A stretch of 64,000 nucleotides of DNA from Salinispira sp. (GTDB lineage Bacteria > Spirochaetota > Spirochaetia > DSM-27196 > Salinispiraceae): contig OZ271918.1 of assembly GCA_965602015.1 (NCBI GenBank), forward strand, positions 3,456,001-3,520,000. The letters run 5' to 3'. The notes under the pieces were generated by a model. The model saw only the letters and a program-made list of their open reading frames with translations. It had not been told where the DNA came from and searched no databases. The position numbers were made by a program, and so were the translations under genes. Positions within the stretch are counted from its first letter, which is position 1. Each line of letters opens with the position of its first letter. This document shows, one piece after another, positions 37,977 to 47,855 of the stretch.

Positions 37977-39422
37977 TCAGATGCAGGAAAAGCGAACGCT
38001 TCGGTTCTTCCCCAGGTCTTTTGCCCGGTAGAGGGCCTGGTCGGCCCGGAATATCAGCAGGTCCGGTTCCTTCCGATCCTCATGGCGGAACTCGGCGCAG
38101 CCCAGGCTTACGGTTACCCGCTCCTCTTGCTGGGTAAATGCATTTTCAACCGCCCTGCGTATGCGCTCGGCAATGCGTTCAGCCTGGCCCTCGTCGCTGT
38201 GAGTGAGGATGGCGGCAAACTCTTCTCCCCCGAAACGCGCCAGATAATCGGCATTTCGGAGCTGGTCCTGGGCGGTCTCGCAGACCTTCCTGAGAACCGA
38301 GTCCCCATACAGGTGACCCTTTCTGTCGTTAACCTTTTTGAAATCATCGAGATCGAAGAGAATCAGCGACATTTTCATATCGTGCCGTATGGATAAATCC
38401 ATCTCGCGCTGCAGCATTTCGTACATCCAGCGCCGGTTGTATATGCCTGTAAGCGGATCGCGGATTGAGATTTTCTTCATTTCTTCGAAGAGTTGGGCGT
38501 TTCTCAGGGCTATGGCAACATGATTGGCGAAATTCTGACCGCTCTGCATTTCCCTCTGGGTGAAATACGGACCGTCAACGCGGTCGAAGGTCATTACGCC
38601 AACCAGTTCCTGTCGGTGGATCAGGGGGAGTCCCATCCAGCAGGAAACCCTGCGTTCCGCCACCCGGGAAAATCCCGGGAAACGAATGTCCGGATCCTCA
38701 TTGAGGACTAGGGGCGCACGATTCTCCACTACTTCGGTGTTGGGGTTGTCGCCGGGGATGGCAAACCTCAAACCCATTAGCTTGTCCAAGGAATCGAACC
38801 CCCGTCCCCCGGCAATTTCCAGGTGATCTCCTTCCATAATTTGGACCGATGCGCTGCTGAAGGGAATGACCTGCCGAGCCTGATCCAGAATGGCGTTTAT
38901 TGTATGTTTGAGATCCAGGTGGCTGTTTATAATTGCCGCGGCGGAAGCCAGGGTGGATGCCTCCTGGGCGAGATGCTCGGCGCGCTGTTTTTCCAGCATC
39001 TGTTCGGTCATGTCGTAGTCGAACCCGATATAGTGGCGAATGCTTCCGTCGGCATTCCGGGAAACCGTGAGGCTGGTCGAATACACCCAGCGCCATTGGC
39101 CGCCTCTGGTTTTGATTCTGAATAAGACGCCGTTATCCGCATCTGACCCGTTTTCAAGGTTCGCCAGCGCGGCCTTTAAATCTCCAACATCCTCGGGGTG
39201 GACATGCTCCATAAACCGCTGATCCCGCATCTCGCCTTCGTCATAGCCCCATCGGTACCAGTACTTGTTCGGGTAGACGACTCCGTGCTCCCGGTCCTGG
39301 ATAAACAGTCCGAGTTCCCGAAGTTTCGCAATAAAAAGCGGGAGATCGATTTGCAGTGCGAATTTTGCCATGTCCTTCCGGATTCGCTCTTCAGGACTGT
39401 CATTTTTTACGCGATCATTCAT
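37977..39422 (-). CDS. PAS-GAF diguanylate cyclase
   Basis: VHPED PAS, GAF, DPLTG, DLDDFK..ND, RNAD I-site, GGEEF. Confidence 0.93.
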   Translation of the reverse strand: MNDRVKNDSPEERIRKDMAKFALQIDLPLFIAKLRELGLFIQDREHGVVYPNKYWYRWGYDEGEMRDQRFMEHVHPEDVGDLKAALANLENGSDADNGVLFRIKTRGGQWRWVYSTSLTVSRNADGSIRHYIGFDYDMTEQMLEKQRAEHLAQEASTLASAAAIINSHLDLKHTINAILDQARQVIPFSSASVQIMEGDHLEIAGGRGFDSLDKLMGLRFAIPGDNPNTEVVENRAPLVLNEDPDIRFPGFSRVAERRVSCWMGLPLIHRQELVGVMTFDRVDGPYFTQREMQSGQNFANHVAIALRNAQLFEEMKKISIRDPLTGIYNRRWMYEMLQREMDLSIRHDMKMSLILFDLDDFKKVNDRKGHLYGDSVLRKVCETAQDQLRNADYLARFGGEEFAAILTHSDEGQAERIAERIRRAVENAFTQQEERVTVSLGCAEFRHEDRKEPDLLIFRADQALYRAKDLGKNRSVRFSCI

Positions 39423-39495
39423 GTCGGCCGTTTTTTGTCGTCATAGGTAATAGACATTATACCTGATATAAAATAATTGGGGAATTATTAGGCAG

Positions 39496-39529
39496 AAAAA
39501 AACGGCGGAGACAATGCTCCGCCGTTTTT
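39496..39529. terminator. Bidirectional intrinsic terminator
   Basis: AAAAAAACGGCGGAG-acaatg-CTCCGCCGTTTTT. Confidence 0.85.
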
Positions 39530-39559
39530 CCATTCCTCTGACTGCTGACCGCTGGATCG

Positions 39560-39763
39560 TCAGGCGATAAAGAAGGTTATCCAGATTCCAAACCCAATTG
39601 CAATGAGGCCCCAAATGGAGAAGAAGATCGTGGTCCCTGTTTCACCAAGGAGTTTGACGAAGCCCTGGACCTTGCCCAGTTTCCAGATCGGCTCAAACTT
39701 GAACACTCCGATAACGATACAGGCTACTCCATAAACCAGCAGAAAAATTCCTAAAAACAACAT
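39560..39763 (-). CDS. Small 2-TM membrane protein
   Basis: GGAG RBS, two hydrophobic helices. Confidence 0.7.
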   Translation of the reverse strand: MLFLGIFLLVYGVACIVIGVFKFEPIWKLGKVQGFVKLLGETGTTIFFSIWGLIAIGFGIWITFFIA

Positions 39764-39819
39764 ATGCGCTCCTTCCGGGTTTGTACCCGATTCTATACCG
39801 GCGGATAGCCGGTCTGCTT

Positions 39820-40875
39820 TTATGCAACCGTCGAGAGTCCTTTGGCAATTTTTCCCCTAAGCAGCAGGAAGTATACACCTGCCACGGCGAAGGCGGTGCC
39901 GGACTTCCAGATTACCGATATCCAGTCCGCCGTCTGGGTGAAAATTCCTTCGAGGATGTCGTAGGTCCAGTACATCGGTGACCACCAGACGACCCAGTGC
40001 CAGTTGCGGGGAAGAAGGGTGGCTCCGAGAATGGCGAAAATAAACACCATTGAACCGACCTTCCCGATCCCCATAGCCTCTACTTCATTCTTGCCCATCC
40101 CCCCGATAAAGAGTCCGAATACCAGGGCCGATGAAAATGACAGGATTATAACCACGATCATCTGGAGGATGTTTATCCCCGCCAGACCTAAAACAAACAC
40201 CGCAATTACCGAGTAGACAAGAGTGACCAGGAAGGGGAACAGGCTCCTGCCGACATAATAGTCCGCCGTTGAAACCGGACTGGTCCTCAATGCCAGAATG
40301 GTGCCTTGATCCTTGTCCTCAACAATCGCCAGGCCCATGATAAATGCCACCATGATGTTTATGAAGACGATGAATATCGAACCGCCCATTGTCGCCACCG
40401 GCGAAATTGCCGTTCGATCCGACAGTTCCGCGGGGACTCCCGAGCTGAAGCTGGTGATTCGGGGGATATCGGGATAATTCTCCGACAGGTACAGCTGACG
40501 AATGAAGCGGGTGGTGATAGTGAAGCTTTCGTTCTCCACGCCGGTTCGCTCGACCACCGAGACATATTGCCCGTTCAGAGGGTCCCAATACAGCCCCTCC
40601 AGCTCGCCCACCGCCCGAAGCCGCCGTTCCATTTCTTCAGTGGTCGCATGTGGAATTACCTCGCCTATTTCCGCAAGCACGTCGATGACCGATTGATCCA
40701 CGGCGTTGGGCCCCTGAGTGACCACTGCGAATTTCGCCGTGGTGCTGTCTACCGCCGGAAGAAAGCTGCGAAGTATCAGCAGTATGACTATGGGCACAAT
40801 CATGAGGTATGCGCCCATGAAATTCTTGAAACTCATGCGGATATCGAATATGAAAATTCGCCATAGCTGTTTCAT
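39820..40875 (-). CDS. ABC-2 type exporter permease
   Basis: EDKDQGT..ALRTSP motif; 6 TM. Confidence 0.85.
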   Translation of the reverse strand: MKQLWRIFIFDIRMSFKNFMGAYLMIVPIVILLILRSFLPAVDSTTAKFAVVTQGPNAVDQSVIDVLAEIGEVIPHATTEEMERRLRAVGELEGLYWDPLNGQYVSVVERTGVENESFTITTRFIRQLYLSENYPDIPRITSFSSGVPAELSDRTAISPVATMGGSIFIVFINIMVAFIMGLAIVEDKDQGTILALRTSPVSTADYYVGRSLFPFLVTLVYSVIAVFVLGLAGINILQMIVVIILSFSSALVFGLFIGGMGKNEVEAMGIGKVGSMVFIFAILGATLLPRNWHWVVWWSPMYWTYDILEGIFTQTADWISVIWKSGTAFAVAGVYFLLLRGKIAKGLSTVA

Positions 40876-40876
40876 A

Positions 40877-41947
40877 TCAGGCCTCCTTCCGTATGCGGAC
40901 AGTAAAGAATGCCGCGGTTACCGGACCCAGCACCGCAGCCAATAGGGCGAGAACTCCGGCGCTCCGCCAGATTAGGTCGGCATTATTGTCGGGGAACATG
41001 GCCGCATCCAGTCCGAACAGGCTGTGAAACGTCGGTATGAGCTGTATCCATCCCGGTGAAAAAACCGGATTCAGGAGCGATACCCCCGGCAGGGCAAATA
41101 TCAGCATGAGTACGAAGACCCAGCCGATAGCCTCCATCGGACCCTTGTAAAATGACGCCAGGAAAATCCCAATGGACGACATGGCCAGAACCGTTACGAT
41201 CATTACCAGAAGGCCCTCCAGGTATCCCGCAAAACCCATTATGGGAAGGTAGATGATGGAGAAATTGAGAACGCTCACCGCAGTTATTACCAGGTGCTTG
41301 CTGAAGACGAACATGCCCAAACCGGAGGGTGACAGTCGGTAAGCCCTGATTGTGGCGTCCATCCTCTCCTGGCCGATGAGGGACACCATGGCGAATAATC
41401 CTATTAGCCCGATATTGAAGACGATGACCGGCGGCAGCAGCTGCTTGTTAAAGGCAGGAATTACCTGCTCACCGCGTTCCAGGGCTTCGACCCGTACAGA
41501 GGCGTACACATCGGCGGGGTATCTGCCGGCGGGAGGGTGCAGAATGTTCATCAGGTCCTCAAGATCCACTTCCAGGTAATCAACAAGGGCCTGCTTTGTG
41601 TAGGGCTGGGTAAGGGCTTCAATCTGATAGCGCCCGCCGGGGGCCGAATCGATAATCAGACCGATTGCGCTCCGGTCCTCTGTCATTCCGGCGATGAGTT
41701 CTTCCCGATCCGCGACATAGTATTCCCCCATGACCTGTTCATGATCCGGCACGTTTTCCTGTACAAAGCACTGGATTATGCCCGTATTGTCGAGTATATA
41801 TGCCCGGCCTTCGGTGCGCACATCTTCGGGAATCACAAACAAGAGCAGGAGCATGAATACAACGGAAAAGACGATTTCCAGCAGAAGAAAAATGTCCTTG
41901 AATCCAAGAACGATGTCCTTGCGCAGGAGATTAAGCAGTTTTTTCAT
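40877..41947 (-). CDS. ABC-2 type exporter permease
   Basis: QERMDATIRAYRLSP motif. Confidence 0.85.
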   Translation of the reverse strand: MKKLLNLLRKDIVLGFKDIFLLLEIVFSVVFMLLLLFVIPEDVRTEGRAYILDNTGIIQCFVQENVPDHEQVMGEYYVADREELIAGMTEDRSAIGLIIDSAPGGRYQIEALTQPYTKQALVDYLEVDLEDLMNILHPPAGRYPADVYASVRVEALERGEQVIPAFNKQLLPPVIVFNIGLIGLFAMVSLIGQERMDATIRAYRLSPSGLGMFVFSKHLVITAVSVLNFSIIYLPIMGFAGYLEGLLVMIVTVLAMSSIGIFLASFYKGPMEAIGWVFVLMLIFALPGVSLLNPVFSPGWIQLIPTFHSLFGLDAAMFPDNNADLIWRSAGVLALLAAVLGPVTAAFFTVRIRKEA

Positions 41948-41956
41948 AGCTTCCTC

Positions 41957-42817
41957 CTATTCGAGACCACGTCCGGTGAGTTTGATGAAAATATCCTCCA
42001 GGGAGGGTTCGAGCGAGTGAATGGTTTTTACATCGTGCTCTCCGATGAAGTTTTGCAGCTGCTGCTTCCCATCTCCCTGCATGCTGAACTCCGCAGCCTG
42101 CAGTTCGCCGTTTACCTCGTACTCGACTTTTGCCATGAGCTGTCCGTATTTAAGCTTCAGATTTTTCGGGCTGTCGACGGCCACCAGGCTTCCGTCCACA
42201 ATAAAGGCAACCCGGTCGCAGAGTTCATCGGCGACAAACATATTGTGGGTGGTCAGAAAAATGGTCGTACCCTCGGCCTGCCGCCGCCGAATAATCGACT
42301 TGATGCTGTTTGCCGTCGATGGGTCGAGTCCCATGGTCGGTTCGTCCAGAAACCAGATATCCGGATTATTGATCATTGACCGGGCGAACCCCAGGCGCTG
42401 CTTCATACCTTTCGAGTACTGTCCGGCTTTTTTGTCAGCGTCCTCGGCCAAGCCCACCATTTCCAGCACCTCCATGGGATCCATGGTCGGCCTGTCGTAG
42501 AGTTGGGAGTGAAATTTCAGGTTGTCCTTGCCGCTGAGCTTCTTGTACACGTTTGGAATCTCGAAGCCCATTCCGATTCGGTTGAAGAAATTTTTGTCCG
42601 GATGTCCCCTGCGGGTATCGCCGTCGATACTGATGCTGCCGGACTGGATCTGCTGCAGACCGGCAAGAATTGCCTGTGTCGTGGACTTGCCCGCGCCGCT
42701 TGGTCCCAGAAAGCCGAAAATTTCTCCCTTGGCGATGGAAAAACTGACGTCCTTCACCGCGGGGACCTTGGATTTCTGGTATGTGTGGGTCAAATTCGAA
42801 ACCTCGATCATGCTCAT
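41957..42817 (-). CDS. ABC exporter ATP-binding protein
   Basis: GPSGAGKST, YSKGMKQR, FLDEPT, LTTHNM. Confidence 0.92.
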   Translation of the reverse strand: MSMIEVSNLTHTYQKSKVPAVKDVSFSIAKGEIFGFLGPSGAGKSTTQAILAGLQQIQSGSISIDGDTRRGHPDKNFFNRIGMGFEIPNVYKKLSGKDNLKFHSQLYDRPTMDPMEVLEMVGLAEDADKKAGQYSKGMKQRLGFARSMINNPDIWFLDEPTMGLDPSTANSIKSIIRRRQAEGTTIFLTTHNMFVADELCDRVAFIVDGSLVAVDSPKNLKLKYGQLMAKVEYEVNGELQAAEFSMQGDGKQQLQNFIGEHDVKTIHSLEPSLEDIFIKLTGRGLE

Positions 42818-42853
42818 ACGCACCTCCGATAAGCAGATTGGATGACTGACTTT

Positions 42854-42889
42854 TGTAGTATTGTACTGTTACTATAGTACAATAATACA
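42854..42889. promoter_or_regulatory. Long palindromic operator
   Basis: TGTA-g-TATTGTACT-N8-AGTACAATA-a-TACA upstream of the ABC operon. Confidence 0.7.
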
Positions 42890-42951
42890 TCCACACAAGT
42901 TACTTATCAAGATTAATTATGTAAAACTTTGAGATTTCTTTTTTTGATTCG

Positions 42952-43995
42952 CTACCCCGCAAAAGGCGATTCACAGAGCCTGAGAACTCCCGTGAGGGGA
43001 TCACTTTCGACTTCAATTCCAAGCGGAAGAATAATCTGCGGATCGCAGTGACCGAAGCTGAGGTTTGATGCGATGGGCAGTTCCGGATGCCCGAATTCAT
43101 CCCCTACCACCCCTGTCAAAACCGAGTCCAGTGCCGCCTTCTCCTCGACGCTGTATCCCCGGGCCCTGCTGAACATAATTCCCCGGATACGGTCGTAGAC
43201 CCCCATGGCTCCGTAGTTCCGCAGCCAATATCGGACGAAATCCACTGGTGGAACTTCTTCGGAGGTTTCGAAAAACAGCACCTTATCGTTCCAAAAATTC
43301 TCATCGGGCCAGTAGCGGGTGCTCTTTTGCATTTCCAGGACCTCGATGCACCCTCCCCATAGCTGACCGCGAAAAGCTTTTTCACCCTGGAGCCATCGCC
43401 GGCCATCGTCATAACTCTGCGGATTAATTTTGCCGACGTTCTCCCTGCTCCATGGGGGATAGCCCTCGCTGTAGGCGGTAAAATCGGGGATGGCTGCCTC
43501 CGCACCGCGGCCGAACAGAAAATCATTGAAGTACTCGCCATACCCGGCGCCGAAGGCAGGAAGCTGGGAAAAGCCCGCCATCACCGAAGGGCCGTTGAAG
43601 CTGACCAGTCCGAGGCGGGCGAAATAGCTGGTGTAGCCCGAGGTATCGGAGAATCCCATAAAGAACTTCGGATTGCGTTGAATGGCCTCCAGATCCAAAA
43701 ATTGCAGGACCCGGACTGAATCGCTTCCGCCGATAGAGGCAATGATTCCCTGTATCGAGCTGTCTGCAAAAGCTTCATTAATATCGTCGGCCCGCATTTG
43801 GGGCCGGGAAAAGAGCAGGCCGGCATCGGCCCGGGCTGTGGGGAACTCAACCACCTCGAGCCCGAGGCTGCGCATATTGGCAAGACCTGAGTCATACACG
43901 TGCGGACAAACCGATGGACCGCCCCATGACGGGGAGATTATCGCTACCCGGTCACCGGGTTTGAGCTGAGCAGGTTTTGCGTTGGAATTTAACAT
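42952..43995 (-). CDS. S66 peptidase (LD-carboxypeptidase/MccF family)
   Basis: LKPGD...ISPS, IGG.DS, GFSD, FFETSEE, FGH. Confidence 0.92.
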   Translation of the reverse strand: MLNSNAKPAQLKPGDRVAIISPSWGGPSVCPHVYDSGLANMRSLGLEVVEFPTARADAGLLFSRPQMRADDINEAFADSSIQGIIASIGGSDSVRVLQFLDLEAIQRNPKFFMGFSDTSGYTSYFARLGLVSFNGPSVMAGFSQLPAFGAGYGEYFNDFLFGRGAEAAIPDFTAYSEGYPPWSRENVGKINPQSYDDGRRWLQGEKAFRGQLWGGCIEVLEMQKSTRYWPDENFWNDKVLFFETSEEVPPVDFVRYWLRNYGAMGVYDRIRGIMFSRARGYSVEEKAALDSVLTGVVGDEFGHPELPIASNLSFGHCDPQIILPLGIEVESDPLTGVLRLCESPFAG

Positions 43996-44079
43996 GAGTT
44001 TTGCTCCATTACATTGGGTATGGGGGCCGGATCAGATTTACGCGCGCATCGCGCCCCGATGATCCGCGCGCAAGGGAGT

Positions 44080-45003
44080 TTATCCGATCCAGTTAAGAAG
44101 CAGTTCTGAAAAACCTTCGATCCGTTTTCGGTTCAGGATAAAGAAAAGACTTTTGTTTCCCCCGGCGCGCTTTGTTATGAGGCCGGCCTCCTCAAGGATG
44201 GCCATGTGCCGGGAGATCGTCGATTTTGCGTAGCCCATTCGCTCTCCGATTTCTTTTTGATTCATTTCCTGATTTGCAATGAGCAAAAGGATTCGAAGCC
44301 GGCTTTTATCAGAAAGGGCGAATGCAAGCCCGGAGATCTGGTCGATACCGGCGGATCGCCGATGGGTATCATTAAAAGGTATATCCCATGCGAGCACGAA
44401 GGATTCACCTGCGTCGTAACCGATCATCATGTGGGGAAACGCGAACATGCTCACTACGATCCCGAAACCTTTCATGCTCGCCGCATCAAAATCCATATCG
44501 AGCCACTTATCGAGAACAATGACATCTTTTGAGGGGCGATGGACAACTCTGTCGGAGATGCTGCCGACAAACTCTTCAACGCTGCTGTCGGCAATGCGTT
44601 GACGTCCGTAGAGAATACGTTCCCGAATCGCGGTCTCCCTCTGGTCAATCAGCGGTTTGAAATAGGAACGGTGGAAGTACCCGAGGAACTCAACCAGCCT
44701 GACCCGGTCATCAGCGCTGAGGCGCTCGTCCCCCGGCTCACGATAATTGGCCGGATCAGAAAGAAAGGACTGATAGTCCTGAGTAAACCCGTCCGCCCCG
44801 ATAAGGTCAGTATCATCCCCAAAAAAGGAGTCAAGTCGGAGGAAGCCGCCGACCATTTCTCCGACTGTTTGGAAATCGGCTCGCTCCTTGACGCTCATTC
44901 GCGAAAGTACCCGGTATGCCCATTCGCGATGATCCGGGTGATGGTCCGGTTCGCCGAGGACGTCAAGGCAGAGGGCTATCTCACTGGCCTGGGAGAAATA
45001 CAC
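44080..45003 (-). CDS. ArsR/SmtB family regulator with C-terminal HTH; start may be ATT at 45045
   Basis: ALSDKSRLRIL...KSTISRHMAILEEAGLI. Confidence 0.8.
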   Translation of the reverse strand: MYFSQASEIALCLDVLGEPDHHPDHREWAYRVLSRMSVKERADFQTVGEMVGGFLRLDSFFGDDTDLIGADGFTQDYQSFLSDPANYREPGDERLSADDRVRLVEFLGYFHRSYFKPLIDQRETAIRERILYGRQRIADSSVEEFVGSISDRVVHRPSKDVIVLDKWLDMDFDAASMKGFGIVVSMFAFPHMMIGYDAGESFVLAWDIPFNDTHRRSAGIDQISGLAFALSDKSRLRILLLIANQEMNQKEIGERMGYAKSTISRHMAILEEAGLITKRAGGNKSLFFILNRKRIEGFSELLLNWIG

Positions 45004-45093
45004 CGTAGTAATCGCATTGAGCCGGGAGGCATTGTGGATAGTAATCGTGACGGGGCTCCTGATAGTACTGGCTCAGTATATCACGCCGCGTCC

Positions 45094-45912
45094 TCAGCTG
45101 TAACTCAGGTCCCCTCGCTCTTTTCCCCGCCGCTCCCCAAATCGGAGCAGGTCTGTGGCGAGGATGCCATATGCTATTGCCAGCAGAGCCAGGACACCTG
45201 CCGAGCGGAGCATGGCGCCGTAGTCCGGTTGCTCAGTGAGAGCCAGGCGGATTAGGCTGATCGAATGGGAAATAGGGTAGAGAAGAGCCATACCGGCGAA
45301 CCCTGCCGGAAGTGCTGAAACCGGGAAGCGGAATCCCGAGAAGAAGTCTGCTGGGGTTTCAAAAAGAGCATAAAGAAATCGGGCATTCCGCCCTATGAGG
45401 AAAACCGACGAGACGAAAGCCCCCCAGGGTATGCTCGCCAGGATTACATACATTATGCTTCCGGCCACCAGAAACGGGTGTACTAAAGAAATATCGAAAA
45501 GAATAATTGCCGAAGCCATCAAGCTGACAACGCTAATCACTGCACTTATTACCGCGCTCAACGAGAGACCCATTAACCAGGCCAAACGGGAAGCCGGTGA
45601 GAGGTATAGTATTTCCAGAACGCCGAAATCCCGTTCCGTACTTATACCCATGCCGATTCCGATGTATTCCTGGAAGAGGAACAGAACGAATATGCCTGAA
45701 AATAAGTAGGTCCACAAATCCAGGTCTCCGCTCACAGCCGGTACGCCGCCCTTTCCGTCCCAGAACGGTGCATAGGACAAATAGACGCTTGCTATATGAA
45801 GCAGGGGCCAGAGCAGCTGTTGAAGGAAGAATACCGGGAGGTTGAAGTGTATCCTGCGAATTGTGTTTGTCAGCTGCATCTTGTAAAGCAACGTCAGATT
45901 GCCGGGGCTCAT
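45094..45912 (-). CDS. ABC-2 permease
   Basis: ERDFGVLE.LYLSP, FSG..FPVSALP. Confidence 0.85.
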   Translation of the reverse strand: MSPGNLTLLYKMQLTNTIRRIHFNLPVFFLQQLLWPLLHIASVYLSYAPFWDGKGGVPAVSGDLDLWTYLFSGIFVLFLFQEYIGIGMGISTERDFGVLEILYLSPASRLAWLMGLSLSAVISAVISVVSLMASAIILFDISLVHPFLVAGSIMYVILASIPWGAFVSSVFLIGRNARFLYALFETPADFFSGFRFPVSALPAGFAGMALLYPISHSISLIRLALTEQPDYGAMLRSAGVLALLAIAYGILATDLLRFGERRGKERGDLSYS

Positions 45913-46874
45913 GCAGTAATCCTTGATGATAAGCTGAGAACTGCCTCTTCCAGGTCGGGCCGTTCGCTTTCGTACCGGATATCCCGGGCATCATTACGGT
46001 TCAGGACTTCAATAATCTTGGAAGCAATGGGGGAGTCGCTGCGAACCGAGAAACGCATTTCCCGTGCTTTGATTTCACTGCACTCTGTGTTTTTACCGAT
46101 GCTTTTGAGTATTCTGTTCACCTGGTCCTGGGATGTGACCGAGCAGGTAAAGCTGTGCCTGGTAGAGAGGCCCAATCTGCAATTCAGCTCCGCCGGGCTG
46201 CCATGAAATATCATATGGCCTTTATCCAGAATTGCGATATTCGGACACAACTCTTCTACTTCTTTCATATAATGGCTCGTGAGCACCACGGTGCGCCGGG
46301 GGTCGCTGAGGAGCCGGTCGCGGATAAAACTGCGAATCTCGCTGGCAAACTCCACGTCCAGCCCAAGGGTCGGCTCATCCAGAAAAAGGTATTCCGGATC
46401 ATTTATCAGCCCCCGGGCGATTGACAATCGCTGTTTCATGCCCCGGGAGTACTGTTCGACCCTTCGGTTTCCCTCTCTGCTAAGGTTGACGAATTCCAAG
46501 AGCCTGTCGGCATGAACCTTAGCCTCCTTACCGGTCATTCCATATAGCGCTGCAAAGTATTCAAGATTTTCCCTGCCGCTCAAGCGAAAATACAGCATCC
46601 GGTCGCTTCCGGTTATCATGTTCACCTTTGCCCGAATGACTGATTCATTATGTATGCTGTCCGCCCCGTCCAGCAGAATGGTTCCGTCTGTCGGTCTGAG
46701 CAGAGTTGCCATCATTTTTATTGTAGTGGTTTTACCGGCTCCATTAATTCCGAGAAGCCCGAATCCCCCCCGATCGATTTGCAGGTTGAGGCCGACTACT
46801 GCTTCAGTCTCGTCATTACTGCGCAAAAGTCTTTTGGTCACATAGGTCTTGCGTACGTTCCGTAGTTCAATCAT
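45909..46874 (-). CDS. ABC exporter ATP-binding protein
   Basis: GINGAGKTT, YSRGMKQR, LDEPTLGLD, TSHYM. Confidence 0.92.
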   Translation of the reverse strand: MIELRNVRKTYVTKRLLRSNDETEAVVGLNLQIDRGGFGLLGINGAGKTTTIKMMATLLRPTDGTILLDGADSIHNESVIRAKVNMITGSDRMLYFRLSGRENLEYFAALYGMTGKEAKVHADRLLEFVNLSREGNRRVEQYSRGMKQRLSIARGLINDPEYLFLDEPTLGLDVEFASEIRSFIRDRLLSDPRRTVVLTSHYMKEVEELCPNIAILDKGHMIFHGSPAELNCRLGLSTRHSFTCSVTSQDQVNRILKSIGKNTECSEIKAREMRFSVRSDSPIASKIIEVLNRNDARDIRYESERPDLEEAVLSLSSRITA

Positions 46875-46898
46875 CGGTACCCCCTTATATTGCGATTG

Positions 46899-47693
46899 CT
46901 ATGACAGGTGTTTCTCAACGGCCCGCCGCTCGATAACGGGCAATAACATTAATCCGAGAAGCGAAGCGCCAAACCCGAAGGCGAAACGGGGAATATCCGC
47001 CGAACCGAGCTCTGATGAAACAGGCAGCAATCCTATGCGCACCAGATGAACTGCTCGATGCAGGGGCAATAAAAAGAAGATTTTTTCCAGCCAATCCGGG
47101 AGGAATTCAAGCGGAAAGAGAAAGCCTCCGCCCATAATGAGTATTGGAAATATACTGTTCTGGATGAGATAGGTGTCCTTCAGATGTATCATAAGCAGGC
47201 TGGTCAGGACTGATATGCCAAAAAGACTGAGGTACAGCAGAGCGAAACCGAGAATGAGCATATACGGGGAAAATTCAAATCTGATGCCCATAATCCCCCC
47301 AATCGCAAAGGCCAGAAAAAGGTCAAAAGAAGTGAGGAGTATCTGGGCGCCATGAGCCCCGAGGTAAAACTGCCAACGGGGGAAGGGAGCCAGAAAAACT
47401 GATTCTATGGTTCCCTGTCGCAGCTCTGTCATGAGAATGCGGCTTACATTGAGAAATATACTCATGCTGACTGCGTATAGGGCTGCGCCGACGACGATGT
47501 AGGCTCGATAGTCCACATCGTCAGTTAGCGTCTTGAAATCCGGAGACGTTTGTCCGGCCTGGAGCTGATAAAGAATCTGGGCTGTAGCGATTATGAACAC
47601 TGCGCCGGTGATCCTGCTAATGACGAAGTCTATGTATTCCCCCCGCAAAGCTGAAATGAGATTCTTGCGGAGCACTGCCAAAATCAGCATCAT
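46899..47693 (-). CDS. ABC-2 permease
   Basis: ELRQGTIE..FLAP, GG..FPLEFLP. Confidence 0.85.
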   Translation of the reverse strand: MMLILAVLRKNLISALRGEYIDFVISRITGAVFIIATAQILYQLQAGQTSPDFKTLTDDVDYRAYIVVGAALYAVSMSIFLNVSRILMTELRQGTIESVFLAPFPRWQFYLGAHGAQILLTSFDLFLAFAIGGIMGIRFEFSPYMLILGFALLYLSLFGISVLTSLLMIHLKDTYLIQNSIFPILIMGGGFLFPLEFLPDWLEKIFFLLPLHRAVHLVRIGLLPVSSELGSADIPRFAFGFGASLLGLMLLPVIERRAVEKHLS

Positions 47694-47715
47694 GGCCCTC
47701 CCAGAAAATGTTAGT

Positions 47716-47737
47716 TAGTTCGCTAATAAGCGAACTA
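47716..47737. promoter_or_regulatory. Perfect 9-4-9 palindrome, likely operator
   Basis: TAGTTCGCT-AATA-AGCGAACTA immediately upstream of the ABC-2/ArsR cluster. Confidence 0.65.
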
Positions 47738-47855
47738 TACAAGTATCGCGCACTATTCAATTTGATGCAAGCACCTTGGATCTTTGACCGCGAAAGCTTC
47801 TTTTTGCCCGGATCTCGCGATACAATTGCATCGCAGGTTCTGCACAGGAGGACCG

